Source: an uncultured bacterium (GTDB taxonomy: Bacteria; Patescibacteriota; Minisyncoccia; UBA6257; 2-01-FULL-56-20). Taken from it: a stretch of 64,000 bases of DNA. Position 1 is the first letter of the stretch. Every line of letters begins with the position of its first letter. The stretch covers positions 353,521-417,520 of the forward strand of contig CAWDZM010000001.1 of NCBI GenBank assembly GCA_963807165.1, given 5' to 3'. The notes beneath the pieces are model-generated. The model ran no database searches. It was not told the DNA's origin and worked only from the letters and a program-made list of their open reading frames with translations. This document shows, piece by piece, positions 37,305 through 46,826 of the stretch. The position numbers and the translations under genes are program-made.

Positions 37305-38978
37305 TCAATTTGAGAACAATACCCCCGTATCGCCAGTCACGACAAACTTTGCGTTTACCAGCGAAGGGTCACTAAATAAGCCACCGGCAGCATCAACACC
37401 TGTTCCATAAAACTGTACGACGGCAGCAGTGGAAGGATTCCATGTTTGATCTTGAAAGACCCAGTGATATATGTGACTTGGAGAGAGTACGAATGGCGAA
37501 GAAGTGAAGTTGAAGATAGGAGTCCCTGCGCAGCTATATCCACTGAAGCCATTATCGCTTGGTATCACGCCAAGAGAAGAAAGATCGTATTCGTCGAAGA
37601 GTTCTAAAGAACAGCCGGTGACATCGGGATTCCTTGCGCCTGTCAAAAAATTGGCAGTGAATAGCTGGATGGATTGCAATGTGGAAGTCACTGGCACGGT
37701 AAAATACTGATACGCGTAATTCAGTTCCGGACTCAAATGGTATGGCGAGAATCCGGGCGGAAAATTCCACGTTGTAGTGACTACGGCAGATACGTCACCA
37801 AAATTATCCTCAGCGCGCACGCCAATGAGATACGAGTTCCCTATCGCAACGGGGATCGATCCGAGTGCCGACCAATCGGCATCAGAAAGCGTGGTGGAGG
37901 TCGAATAATTCATCTCATAATGCAATGGATTTGCCGACCAATCCGGATCGGTGGAGGTGCCAAATGAAAGACTGAGTTGCATGCCAAGATCATCAAACTG
38001 CATCGCGAGGTTTGTTGGTGTGGTAAGCGGCGGCGGCGTGAGCGTTGATGTCGCAGCAATCCCCTCCATCACCATGAATGGAAAGAATGGTTCGGTAAAT
38101 TGCACGCCACCTTCGCCATAAATAAAATTATCCCACATCATTGTGCCGGTCGTCGTGGTTGCCGTGCCGGCGAGGATCACGCTGCGATTCTGAAAATCCT
38201 GCATCGTCGTAAGGCGATAATAAAAATACGGCTTGAGCGAAATAGAAAGCCCGCTGAATGTCGCGGTCGCTATCACCGGCGTAAACGGCGCGTTATCGGA
38301 AATCGGAAACTGCTGAATCATCACGGTATAATTTTTATCTTTGAACTCCTGCAAGGCAACATGCGACCCATAATAAAGTTGATCGCTCACTTTCCCTTCG
38401 AGCGTCAGCGTGTTCAGCGTGCCAGAGAAACCGTTGCCCAGCTCAAACCAATTATCGTCATACCAGCTGGATTGAGAGTCCACGCTATCATCAAACTGAG
38501 CGAAAAGGGATGGATTTGAGGCGCCGCCGGAATCGGAAGAAGACGCTGTCGACGACGACGTTGATGATGCCACTGTTGATGATGAGTCTTCCTGCGTGGA
38601 AGAAGTGGCAGTGGTAATACTCGATGAGCTTGAACCCATAGTGCTCGTGGAAATAATAGTAGTGGTGGCAGTGCTGGTAGCGGTAGTGCTCGCATCGGTG
38701 CCTGTGGCGTCGGTTGATGATGTATCGGATGCCGGCGTTGATGTCGAACTGGCATCACCACTTACAATCGCCGGAATAATATTGCCAGCAGAAACACCAC
38801 TATTAGTGAACGGCGGCGGCGGAATCTGCGGATGAAGAAGTGGTGAGAGTTGTGATTGCGGCAGTTGTGGTTGCGGCGACAGGTGTTGTCGTCGCGACAG
38901 CGGACGCGCCCAAAATTTTCCCTCGCAACGCAGACGCTGCCGCGCCCGCCACACCGTCGCTACTATCATCATCTCCAT
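37305..38978 (-). CDS. Ser/Thr-rich secreted protein. The ORF is open from 38978 and overlaps the upstream M23 gene by 176 nt; the true start may be downstream, or the two may be one frameshifted gene
   Basis: A long S/T linker precedes a roughly 400-aa C-terminal domain with no recognised motif. The first in-frame Met after the overlap lies near 38639. Confidence 0.45.
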   Translation of the reverse strand: MEMMIVATVWRARQRLRCEGKFWARPLSRRQHLSPQPQLPQSQLSPLLHPQIPPPPFTNSGVSAGNIIPAIVSGDASSTSTPASDTSSTDATGTDASTTATSTATTTIISTSTMGSSSSSITTATSSTQEDSSSTVASSTSSSTASSSDSGGASNPSLFAQFDDSVDSQSSWYDDNWFELGNGFSGTLNTLTLEGKVSDQLYYGSHVALQEFKDKNYTVMIQQFPISDNAPFTPVIATATFSGLSISLKPYFYYRLTTMQDFQNRSVILAGTATTTTGTMMWDNFIYGEGGVQFTEPFFPFMVMEGIAATSTLTPPPLTTPTNLAMQFDDLGMQLSLSFGTSTDPDWSANPLHYEMNYSTSTTLSDADWSALGSIPVAIGNSYLIGVRAEDNFGDVSAVVTTTWNFPPGFSPYHLSPELNYAYQYFTVPVTSTLQSIQLFTANFLTGARNPDVTGCSLELFDEYDLSSLGVIPSDNGFSGYSCAGTPIFNFTSSPFVLSPSHIYHWVFQDQTWNPSTAAVVQFYGTGVDAAGGLFSDPSLVNAKFVVTGDTGVLFSN

Positions 38979-39600
38979 TATCAGAGAGATACCAATTCCC
39001 CGCCGTCAGATTGGTGTATCCAGAAATCGGTTCCGGATCATACGCGGAAAATGTTCCATCACTATTCACCGTATCCATCGCAAAATGCAGATGCGTGCCG
39101 GGATGTTCTGCGCACGCCGCTCCTGCCACAAGTCCGGTGTCACCGATAAGTCCGACCACCTGTCCACGCCGGATGGACGCGCCAGTCGCCGCGATTGTAA
39201 TGCTCTCAGGAATCATGTGCGCATACCGGCTTACTACATGATCGCCATGATCAATGATCAGCTCTGTGCCATATCCTCCGTTATATCCTTCCTGGCTCAG
39301 GAACATCGCCGTCCCCGATGCAGCCGCCACCGCTGGCACCCCGTACGCGTCACACCCGTTCTGCGTAAAATCCAACGCGTAACTATCTTTCTTGATATGC
39401 GTCGGCGGCGTATCATATCCCTGGGTCACAAGAAAACTCTGTCCCTTGGCATATGGCAGTTTAACGCCAAGTGATGGAGCGACGACGACGTCAGCGAGTG
39501 AGCGAATGGGCATAGCAGCGATAACAATCACTACTGCCACTGCCACCGTCAGCGCGATGGCCAAGGATATAATTGTGGTCGATATTTTTTTCATAGGCAC
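38803..39600 (-). CDS. M23-family (LytM-like) peptidoglycan metallopeptidase
   Basis: Signal peptide. HGDHVVSRYAHM...GDTGLVAGAACAEHPGTHLHF carries the HxxxD and HxH motifs. The C-terminus is an S/T/A-rich linker. Confidence 0.85.
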   Translation of the reverse strand: MPMKKISTTIISLAIALTVAVAVVIVIAAMPIRSLADVVVAPSLGVKLPYAKGQSFLVTQGYDTPPTHIKKDSYALDFTQNGCDAYGVPAVAAASGTAMFLSQEGYNGGYGTELIIDHGDHVVSRYAHMIPESITIAATGASIRRGQVVGLIGDTGLVAGAACAEHPGTHLHFAMDTVNSDGTFSAYDPEPISGYTNLTAGNWYLSDNGDDDSSDGVAGAAASALRGKILGASAVATTTPVAATTTAAITTLTTSSSADSAAAVH

Positions 39601-39610
39601 GCGTAAGCGA

Positions 39611-40228
39611 TCAAATAGTTAATGTCGAGAGAAACATTTTAAGCATGTCATCACACTGCGTCGCGCCACCCGCATCGCCACTGATGACCGACGGCGCAAT
39701 CTCATATGCGTGGCTATCATTGAATGCATAGACGAGCGTTGTTGGAACGCCGTCAATCGTTCCATTCCACTTCACGCCGGTGCCGCCGCTCAAAGAAACA
39801 TCCTCACTAGACGCTTCAACCACCGCCAGACTCGGATCGGCGCCAATGCGATGCGTGATCCAATCCGCAAAGCCATCCGCACCAGCTGAGTACGAAAAGG
39901 CTGACACTTCGATCTTACATGCGACGTCGGGTGATGACGCATCAGGATGGAGCGCGATAGTATCGCTCGTGGTCTGTTCAATATTCCAACTTGCGGGAAC
40001 GCTGAACGCATATCCGTCATTTGAAAATTGCTGCATTGGCACTGCGGAAACGTCCGGTGCGACATCGCCTGCGCCACCATCCCCGCCGGGAGTGGAAATA
40101 TCCGAAGGGATGCCCGCACTAGGCGTAACGCCTATGCCAAGATGCCTGCAGATTAAAAATGCCCCGCCCGCGACCACCGCTACAATAAGCGTCCATAAAA
40201 AGAAGATTCCTCGTGATTGTTTTTTCAT
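39611..40228 (-). CDS. Hypothetical secreted protein
   Basis: N-terminal TM/signal IFFLWTLIVAVVAGGAFLI. Confidence 0.5.
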   Translation of the reverse strand: MKKQSRGIFFLWTLIVAVVAGGAFLICRHLGIGVTPSAGIPSDISTPGGDGGAGDVAPDVSAVPMQQFSNDGYAFSVPASWNIEQTTSDTIALHPDASSPDVACKIEVSAFSYSAGADGFADWITHRIGADPSLAVVEASSEDVSLSGGTGVKWNGTIDGVPTTLVYAFNDSHAYEIAPSVISGDAGGATQCDDMLKMFLSTLTI

Positions 40229-40235
40229 AATATTT

Positions 40236-41345
40236 TTATTGAAGAGTAAAATCGTTTGTATTATTGTCCGTATCCACCATCATGCCGTCCGACGATCGGC
40301 GCGAGAGCAATTGATTCGCGCCGGGACTCGTCGGATACGGAGGACCTTCGCCGTATTGGCTGGTGCCGGTCCCCCACGCAACCGCGTCAACAATATTCCC
40401 CGTTGCATCCATAAGTGCCACGCTGTTATCCACCGCCAAGGTCTCCGTACTCGACACGTTTGCGGCCACCGTTTCAGAAAATCCTCCAGTGGAATTCGCC
40501 CACACAAAGAATTGTCCTGCGTCGATCGTGCTACCAGCAGGAAATTCCTTTAATGAATAGTCCGTTCCCGTCTCCGATTTTTTGTGAAGCTTCCATCCGC
40601 TTACATCAATCGCCGCCGCGGTGGGGTTGTAGAGCTTCACAAGATCATTACTTGAGGATGCACCACCGATCTGCACCGCGGCGATAAGAATGTGACCCAC
40701 GACAGCACCAGCGACGTCTGTCGGCGTGGTTGTCGGCGTTAGCGCGGCGGTGGAAGTGGCCGACGTCGCATCATCAACAGAGGCGACGTCGGTGCTACTA
40801 GCCTCCGCCGGCAACGAGGATGACGCAGAAGATGAAACATTTACATCGGGATTTTGTGCTGCAACGCTCGGCGGTATGGGGTTGGTGTTATTTGGAATCG
40901 CGATAGATATTGGCACACTCGTTGCAACACTTGAAGTAATTGCGTTCTTTGCAATAACACTGATCGTAGCGGACGCCACCGGTGCGGTGGTACTCACGGA
41001 TTTAGTTATTGGCACACTGCTTGTCTGCGCAATCGCCACGACAGATTGCGCTGTCGGCGGCGTAGCAGTAGATACCGCAATATTATTTTTCTTTTGCACC
41101 GCCTTTTTGGGTGTGGATGCCGCTGGCACAACCGATGCATCTGGAGTAGAAGTTGGCGTATCGACGTCCGACCCATCATCAAGCGCCAACGACGATGACG
41201 CGTCATCCACAATGGCATCGGATTGCGGAGTACTGATGCCGATCATATTATTTATTTCCATCGGATAGCAATAATACGCAACGCCTGCGCCAACAATGAT
41301 AACGACCGCGATAAAACCTACATTGAAATATTTTTTATTGTTCAT
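40236..41345 (-). CDS. Lamin-tail-domain (LTD) surface protein with an N-terminal TM and an S/T-rich stalk
   Basis: ILIAAVQIGGASSSNDLVKLYNPTAAAIDVSGWKL...FPAGSTIDAGQFFVW is a canonical LTD signature. Confidence 0.7.
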   Translation of the reverse strand: MNNKKYFNVGFIAVVIIVGAGVAYYCYPMEINNMIGISTPQSDAIVDDASSSLALDDGSDVDTPTSTPDASVVPAASTPKKAVQKKNNIAVSTATPPTAQSVVAIAQTSSVPITKSVSTTAPVASATISVIAKNAITSSVATSVPISIAIPNNTNPIPPSVAAQNPDVNVSSSASSSLPAEASSTDVASVDDATSATSTAALTPTTTPTDVAGAVVGHILIAAVQIGGASSSNDLVKLYNPTAAAIDVSGWKLHKKSETGTDYSLKEFPAGSTIDAGQFFVWANSTGGFSETVAANVSSTETLAVDNSVALMDATGNIVDAVAWGTGTSQYGEGPPYPTSPGANQLLSRRSSDGMMVDTDNNTNDFTLQ

Positions 41346-41448
41346 GAAAATAACGTACCACAAAGGGCATTAAAACAATCTTAAAAAGAGATCGAAAATC
41401 TCACCCAGAATTAATCTTCTTTTAATGTCATCCTTGTATGCTCTATAA

Positions 41449-41910
41449 ATGTCGATAAAAGAAAAATTATGGCGCATTCATGAACGACAGATAAGACGAA
41501 CAAAACCCGAAGCATATATTTCGATCATTAAAATACGGCTGGCAAAAATCACAAAGAGAACCCGACAGGCGCTACATTGCCACCAAAGAAAAATCTATAT
41601 ACAAACCCGTGCGCTAAAACATCTCTACGACAAAAAGCCCGCAGAGGAGTTTGATTTTCTGATCGATCACCTAGAAACTATCATTCGAAATCCGGAGCTT
41701 TTATACAAGAATAAAAATAACAAAACCGGTGATTTCTGTATTACAAAAAAGATCGATGACCACCGATATATCGTCATTATTGAAGTGGTAAACAGACAAA
41801 CCGCACAAGAAGAAATTTTCATCGTCACCGCCTTCCGCATACGGGACGAAAAATATCTAAGAAATTACGATCTCTTACGGAGCTGGAGGGACGGCGCCCG
41901 CTCATCGTAA
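41449..41910 (+). CDS. Hypothetical protein encoded in a very AT-rich (<30% GC) segment
   Basis: 153-aa basic protein. The composition is atypical for this genome. Confidence 0.45.
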   Translation: MSIKEKLWRIHERQIRRTKPEAYISIIKIRLAKITKRTRQALHCHQRKIYIQTRALKHLYDKKPAEEFDFLIDHLETIIRNPELLYKNKNNKTGDFCITKKIDDHRYIVIIEVVNRQTAQEEIFIVTAFRIRDEKYLRNYDLLRSWRDGARSS

Positions 41911-41979
41911 CGTGACAGCGCCGGTAACCCGGCGGAATCACGACCTGCAGTAGAGCCGAAAGATAGCAATAGCCATCTT

Positions 41980-42010
41980 GGGAAATCTTGTTTCCCTTTT
42001 CTGCGTTTTC
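41980..42010 (+). terminator. Rho-independent terminator
   Basis: GGGAAA-TCTTG-TTTCCC followed by TTTTCTGCGTTTTC. Confidence 0.5.
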
Positions 42011-42148
42011 AACTCCGCAAGAGATTGCAACTTCTTTTCTTTATACTATCTCAATTTTATCTAGTCATATATTTTAGTCAAATTTCTTTTAATGATTTTT
42101 TAATAAATCGCACACGATGCGGATTATTTGATATAATAAAGGGACGTC

Positions 42149-42778
42149 ATGAACCTCAAGACCATCCTCATCACCACGTCCTGCGTCGCAGTCGTATTCT
42201 GCCTCATTACATTTTACGTGGTGTTCTATGGCGGCAGTGGCACGTACGTGGTCAGCTCGTCGCTCGGGCCGAACGCGGGGATTTTTGCCACGAGCACCGC
42301 GCCGACCAATACAACGCCGAGTTCCACCGCATCATCCACGCTCGTCTTTGCATCATCGTCCATTGACTCCAGCACGTCATCCCCCACCCAGATCGGCGCG
42401 CCAGCCGTCACGTGGATAGAGGGCGGCGAAACACTTTCCGCCACTGGCGCCACATTGTCCGGCACACAGCTGACGCTCGAGGTGCAGGTCGCGATGGGAT
42501 CCGCTGGCGAGTGCGTGCCGCTCAACCTGCGCATGATCGCGGATGAACAGGGCGACCTTTCGCCGCCGATCACGCCGCAATTCACCTTCCCCGACACCGG
42601 CACCTGCAACGGCACCGCCGGCGAAACATACAGCGCCCAGCCGATCGTCTTCACGCTCTCTTCGCCCGTCGCGTTCCCCATCATCTTCACGACCGGCGGC
42701 ACAGCGAACATCCTCTTTGAGGTCGCGCAAAACGCGGATGGAAGTCTGACTGTGCAGCTACCGCCGAACTCGGATTAA
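42149..42778 (+). CDS. Hypothetical secreted/TM-anchored protein
   Basis: N-terminal TM ILITTSCVAVVFCLITFYVVFYG, an S/T-rich linker and a Cys-containing C-terminal domain. Confidence 0.5.
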   Translation: MNLKTILITTSCVAVVFCLITFYVVFYGGSGTYVVSSSLGPNAGIFATSTAPTNTTPSSTASSTLVFASSSIDSSTSSPTQIGAPAVTWIEGGETLSATGATLSGTQLTLEVQVAMGSAGECVPLNLRMIADEQGDLSPPITPQFTFPDTGTCNGTAGETYSAQPIVFTLSSPVAFPIIFTTGGTANILFEVAQNADGSLTVQLPPNSD

Positions 42779-42838
42779 AAAATGGTTAAAAGGCGGCTAT
42801 TGAAAATAGCCCGTTATCTGTTAGAATAGTATTCGTAT

Positions 42839-42910
42839 TCCGCGATAGCTCAATGGTAGAGCGGCGCCCTGTTAAGGCGATGGTTCCAGGTTCGAGTCCT
42901 GGTCGCGGAG
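42839..42910 (+). tRNA. tRNA-Asn (anticodon GTT); CCA not encoded
   Basis: Hand-folded cloverleaf. Acceptor TCCGCGA/TCGCGGA with U1-A72. D-arm GCTC-AATGGTA-GAGC. Anticodon arm GCGCC-CTGTTAA-GGCGA with GTT at positions 34-36. T-arm CCAGG-TTCGAGT-CCTGG. Discriminator G73. Confidence 0.85.
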
Positions 42911-42975
42911 CAGTCTAGTTTTAGTATCGGACAGACCGAGAGGCATCGATTTTTGCTATCTTTTTTGAAGCCAAA

Positions 42976-42987
42976 AGTTCGAGTCCT
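42976..42987 (+). repeat. Short duplicate of the tRNA-Asn T-arm 3' segment (candidate att remnant)
   Basis: aGTTCGAGTCCT at 42976-42987 matches gGTTCGAGTCCT at 42889-42900. Confidence 0.3.
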
Positions 42988-43052
42988 ACTCCCATAGTCT
43001 CTAGGACACCGAACTTATGATGGTTTTCTTCTCCAAATGGTAGAATACAACC

Positions 43053-44090
43053 ATGGATTTCGTTAAGCTCAACAAACTTAAAAAAGGCGACAAGATTGCT
43101 ATTCTCTCTCCTTCTTTTGCTGCGCCAGGGAAATGGCCTTGGGTATATGAATTGGGATTGAAACGCCTGCGCGAAGTCTTTGAATTAGAGCCGGTGGAAT
43201 TTTCCGTTACAAAAAAGATAGGCGCTTCAAAAGAAGAGCGATCCAAAGATTTGATTGATGCGTTTGAAAATAAAGAGATAAAGGCGGTCATCGCATCGCT
43301 CGGCGGCGATGATCAAATAACCTATATTAAAAATCTTCCTGTTACGCCATTCATCAATAACCCGAAGCCATTCTTTGGATTCAGCGATAATACCCATTTT
43401 GAAAACTTCCTATGGCTCCATGGCATTCCTTCGTATTATGGCGGATCACTCTTTACCGAATTTGCGATGCAGAAACGGATGGATCCGTATACGATCGAAT
43501 ATCTCAAACATGCATTATTTAACGAAGGAGAGTTCGAATTGAAATCAAGCGATACCTATAACGATATGGGGCTTGATTGGAACGATCCAGAGAACCTCGA
43601 CAAAGAGCGTATCTACGAAAAGAATGATGGATGGTTCTGGGATGGGACGCAAAACGCCGAAGGGATCACGTGGGGTGGATGCGTTGAATCCATTGACGAG
43701 CTTCTGCGACACGGGGTTCAGATCCCATCGCTTCAGGATTTCGAGAATGTAGTGCTTTTTACAGAAAGCTCCGAAGAGATTCCTTCCGCAGATTATGTCT
43801 ATCGCGTATATCGTGCTCTTGGCGAACGCGGAATATTGCAGCACGTGAAAGCCGTACTGACCGGTCGTCCGAAAGCATGGGAATTTGGAAAAGAACGCAA
43901 CGTGGAGGAAAAAAGTATGTACAGAAAATCACAGAGAGAAGCGATTACAAAAGCAGTGAAGCAATATAACCAATCGATTCCAATTATTCACAATATCGAT
44001 ATTGGGCATACCGCGCCGCAGATTCCCCTGCCGAATGGAAGACGAATACGGATCAATATGAAGGATGAGGAAATCTTTGTGGATTTCTAA
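43053..44090 (+). CDS. S66-family LD-carboxypeptidase (LdcA/MccF-like)
   Basis: KGDKIAILSPS, GFSDNTHF (catalytic Ser) and IDIGHTAPQ (His). It lies in the AT-rich island. Confidence 0.8.
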   Translation: MDFVKLNKLKKGDKIAILSPSFAAPGKWPWVYELGLKRLREVFELEPVEFSVTKKIGASKEERSKDLIDAFENKEIKAVIASLGGDDQITYIKNLPVTPFINNPKPFFGFSDNTHFENFLWLHGIPSYYGGSLFTEFAMQKRMDPYTIEYLKHALFNEGEFELKSSDTYNDMGLDWNDPENLDKERIYEKNDGWFWDGTQNAEGITWGGCVESIDELLRHGVQIPSLQDFENVVLFTESSEEIPSADYVYRVYRALGERGILQHVKAVLTGRPKAWEFGKERNVEEKSMYRKSQREAITKAVKQYNQSIPIIHNIDIGHTAPQIPLPNGRRIRINMKDEEIFVDF

Positions 44091-44099
44091 AATTAAACA

Positions 44100-44819
44100 A
44101 TGACAAAAAAGAAAAAAAGCCCAATATCGGTCCTTTTTATCGGAAATAGTTTTAGCTACTATCATAGTTTGCCAAAACTGATAGCTCGTTTCGCCAGCAC
44201 ATCAGGTTCGGGTGATCTTTTTGTGGATGGTGTTTTTCGCGGAGGTGCAACCCTTAAAATGCTCTAGGACGATGGCCAAGCGCTTAAAAAACTCCAAAGC
44301 AGAAAATGGGATTACGTTGTCCTTCAAGAGCGAGGGCGGCTGGGAGGTATCATTAAAAATGGCGTAGTTCATGTGGGAAAACCTCAGGAGTTTGCCAGAT
44401 ACGCAAGTCAATTTAATAAGGAAGCAAAGAAGAGCGGAGCAAAAACAATTCTCTATTGTCCTCCTTCATTTATTGGCATCGGCCTTCTTAAGGATGCGAA
44501 GAAACTAAATACACTGTATGCAACGGTAGCCAAAAGATTGCATGCTCAAATGATCTCCACTGAACCTGCCTTTACGCTCGCCATGAAAGAGCGACCTGAT
44601 ATAAGTTTGTTTGAGCGCGATGGACATCATCCAAATTCTGCAGGAATCTATCTCATCGCCAATTTGTTTTATAGAAAGCTGTTTCGGAAAAAGATATCCG
44701 ATCTCCCCTTAGAATCGTACTCGTCTAAATCGCAACATCTTCCTAAAAATCCCAAAGTAGTGAAATTATCCGACAGAGATGCTCGGCTTCTGTGGTCAAT
44801 CGCTAATCGGATGAAGTGA
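44100..44819 (+). pseudogene. SGNH/GDSL-like hydrolase interrupted by one in-frame TAG (codon 56, 44265-44267)
   Basis: MTKKKKSPISVLFIGNSFSYY...LKML-TAG-DDGQALKKLQSRKWDYVVLQERG...DGHHPNSAGIYL. The frame is continuous across the stop; ORF 44373..44819 is the downstream part. Confidence 0.6.
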
Positions 44820-44903
44820 TTGTTTAAAGACAACTTAACCTTAATATAAAACTCGACCCCACCAAGACTCGAACCGGATTTTCAATAAAATCGAAAACAA
44901 AAA

Positions 44904-45434
44904 GTGAGGTTTTTCAACACTTTTTTGAAACTAGTTCGAGTATCAGTGCAGGAGCAGCTTAAATCGTCAAGTCGAGTGCATCCGCCGATGTGGTATAATT
45001 TAGAAAACGTTATGCTTTCCAAATTAAAGCATTGGCTTAACGAGGAGGAATCACTAACAGTCAAGCAAAGAATTGGGTATACATTTCTTTATCCGGTTTG
45101 TTTTGTCATAATTATGTTCGGATTGGCGATCGGACATATAGCTCTTGATTTTATCGGAAGCGCTATAGCTACGCAGATCGTTCAATCTTCATATCCCACT
45201 AGTCCGTCCTGGGCAGTTGGCCTAGAAAACTTTTTTAACGCTGATTTTTGGGGTGGCCCAGTCAGCACGAATATGGAGAACATACTTACTATTTTTGTGC
45301 CGCTCTGTATTCTAGCGTATTCTATAATCGTTTTATGGGTATGGAAGTCTTTGAAAAAATCTGGCATTGTTGCACTGTTATTTATTCCTGACGTTATAAT
45401 TTATTTGATCGTTGCGGTCATCGGAATGCGGTAG
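44904..45434 (+). CDS. Hypothetical polytopic membrane protein (island)
   Basis: 4 TM helices. It shares a ...IVLWVWKSLKKSGIVALLFIP... module with the next gene. Confidence 0.45.
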   Translation: MRFFNTFLKLVRVSVQEQLKSSSRVHPPMWYNLENVMLSKLKHWLNEEESLTVKQRIGYTFLYPVCFVIIMFGLAIGHIALDFIGSAIATQIVQSSYPTSPSWAVGLENFFNADFWGGPVSTNMENILTIFVPLCILAYSIIVLWVWKSLKKSGIVALLFIPDVIIYLIVAVIGMR

Positions 45435-45599
45435 GTAATCCCTCCACCAGGTTCGAACACTTTCCACGATTCGGAGCATCGAAGGATGAGCGGGGCGAGA
45501 AGCCCGGTTTTTCTTTTTGTTTACTGTCCCAGCACTGAAATTCCAAGTCGCGAAGCCAAGGCGCCTTGTATTTTCTTCTCATGGTAATATCATTAAGTT

Positions 45600-46352
45600 A
45601 TGAATAGTCAACCGCTATCAAAAAAAGCTGTCGTCCTTTTTTCTATTTTATATCCGATTGCTTATATCGGGGGAGGATTAATATTTTTAATAATAAGCAT
45701 AATTCTTTCTGATAATGTGGCTCTCTCCAATACTTTTCCCATAGTAGTCATGGATGTTTTGTATGGGGGTGAATTACCTCCTAATGGAGTGAATGTCCCC
45801 GCATTTTTCCCATTGGCTTTCATTGCAATTATTGTTATTTGCATAATCGTATTGTGGATAAAAAAATCATGGATCAAATCATTGATTCCTTTGATTTTTA
45901 TTATACCTTTGGTTTTTTTTGCTTTTACTCAAATGTCAGCTTGGGATAAGCAAAATACTGAAATCAGCATGGCGAAAAGCGCAGCTGCTGAAAACGATGC
46001 TGTTCTTCAGTCAATTAATTCCAAAGAGATTTTTTACTGCGGCAGCAACCAAGCATATATTCAGTTTGAAGGCGGTCCTCTAAATAATGCTTATGCCATG
46101 TACGCTGTTTATAACGAATGGACTTCGGGTAATGGTAAGATAGTGGCGAAAGTTTTGCTTGCGGAACTTTTAGCCAACGGTACCGACTATTATATTTTCA
46201 CCCATAATTCTGAACAATATATAAATTATAAGAATATTAACCCGACTAACGCAGATTATTCGTCAAAGCTTGATTCCTGCGTTGATGCGCATGGTAAAAC
46301 TTTCTCACAATTGTATAATCGTGTCCAAAACTTACCAAATGACCAAGCCTAA
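45600..46352 (+). CDS. Hypothetical membrane protein with a C-terminal extracellular domain (island)
   Basis: The N-terminal TM bundle is paralogous to the previous gene (IIVLWIKKSWIKSLIPLIFIIP). Confidence 0.5.
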   Translation: MNSQPLSKKAVVLFSILYPIAYIGGGLIFLIISIILSDNVALSNTFPIVVMDVLYGGELPPNGVNVPAFFPLAFIAIIVICIIVLWIKKSWIKSLIPLIFIIPLVFFAFTQMSAWDKQNTEISMAKSAAAENDAVLQSINSKEIFYCGSNQAYIQFEGGPLNNAYAMYAVYNEWTSGNGKIVAKVLLAELLANGTDYYIFTHNSEQYINYKNINPTNADYSSKLDSCVDAHGKTFSQLYNRVQNLPNDQA

Positions 46353-46826
46353 TCAGGGTATGAGACCTATTCTTATTTCGTCATTAAATAGGTTCGCACA
46401 GCCAACAACGGGAGTAACTTTCAAAGCTACTTTGACAAGGCTTTTGTGAACTATTATAATCGCACATAGTTTCAAAATATCTGAAAGGGGCGTATCGCCA
46501 TGACTTGCAGATCTGCTTCCCCTCTCCCGCTAGCACACACTATCACCCCAACCCGAAGGATCAACCATGGGGAGAATCTTGTTCACGCTCTTCATCAAGG
46601 ATTTCCGTTATGCGGATTTACGCAAGCGTTTCCACGCGACTGGCCGGACGGAAATATTTGGACGGGAATCAGCGATCTCGGACACATCACGTGCCCGTCA
46701 TGCAAACAGAAAGCTGAGGCCTTTACAAAGAAAGTATGACCGAGGACCCCATCCTCAAGGCCCGGCGACGATTCAAACGCTTACTATGGAGACGCCAATA
46801 CGGGGGAATGTTTCCTGAATGGCGTT

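Noticed and set aside
44265-44267. Possibility that the in-frame TAG reflects stop-codon reassignment
   Set aside because: TAG terminates well-supported genes elsewhere in the window (for example at 1158-1160), so global recoding is unlikely. It is treated as a pseudogene or sequencing error instead.
46353-46826. Intergenic ORFs 46500..46739 and 46567..46818 at the island boundary
   Set aside because: They mutually overlap in different frames and have no Shine-Dalgarno sequence or motif. A CPSCKQK Cys pair alone is insufficient. They are left unannotated.
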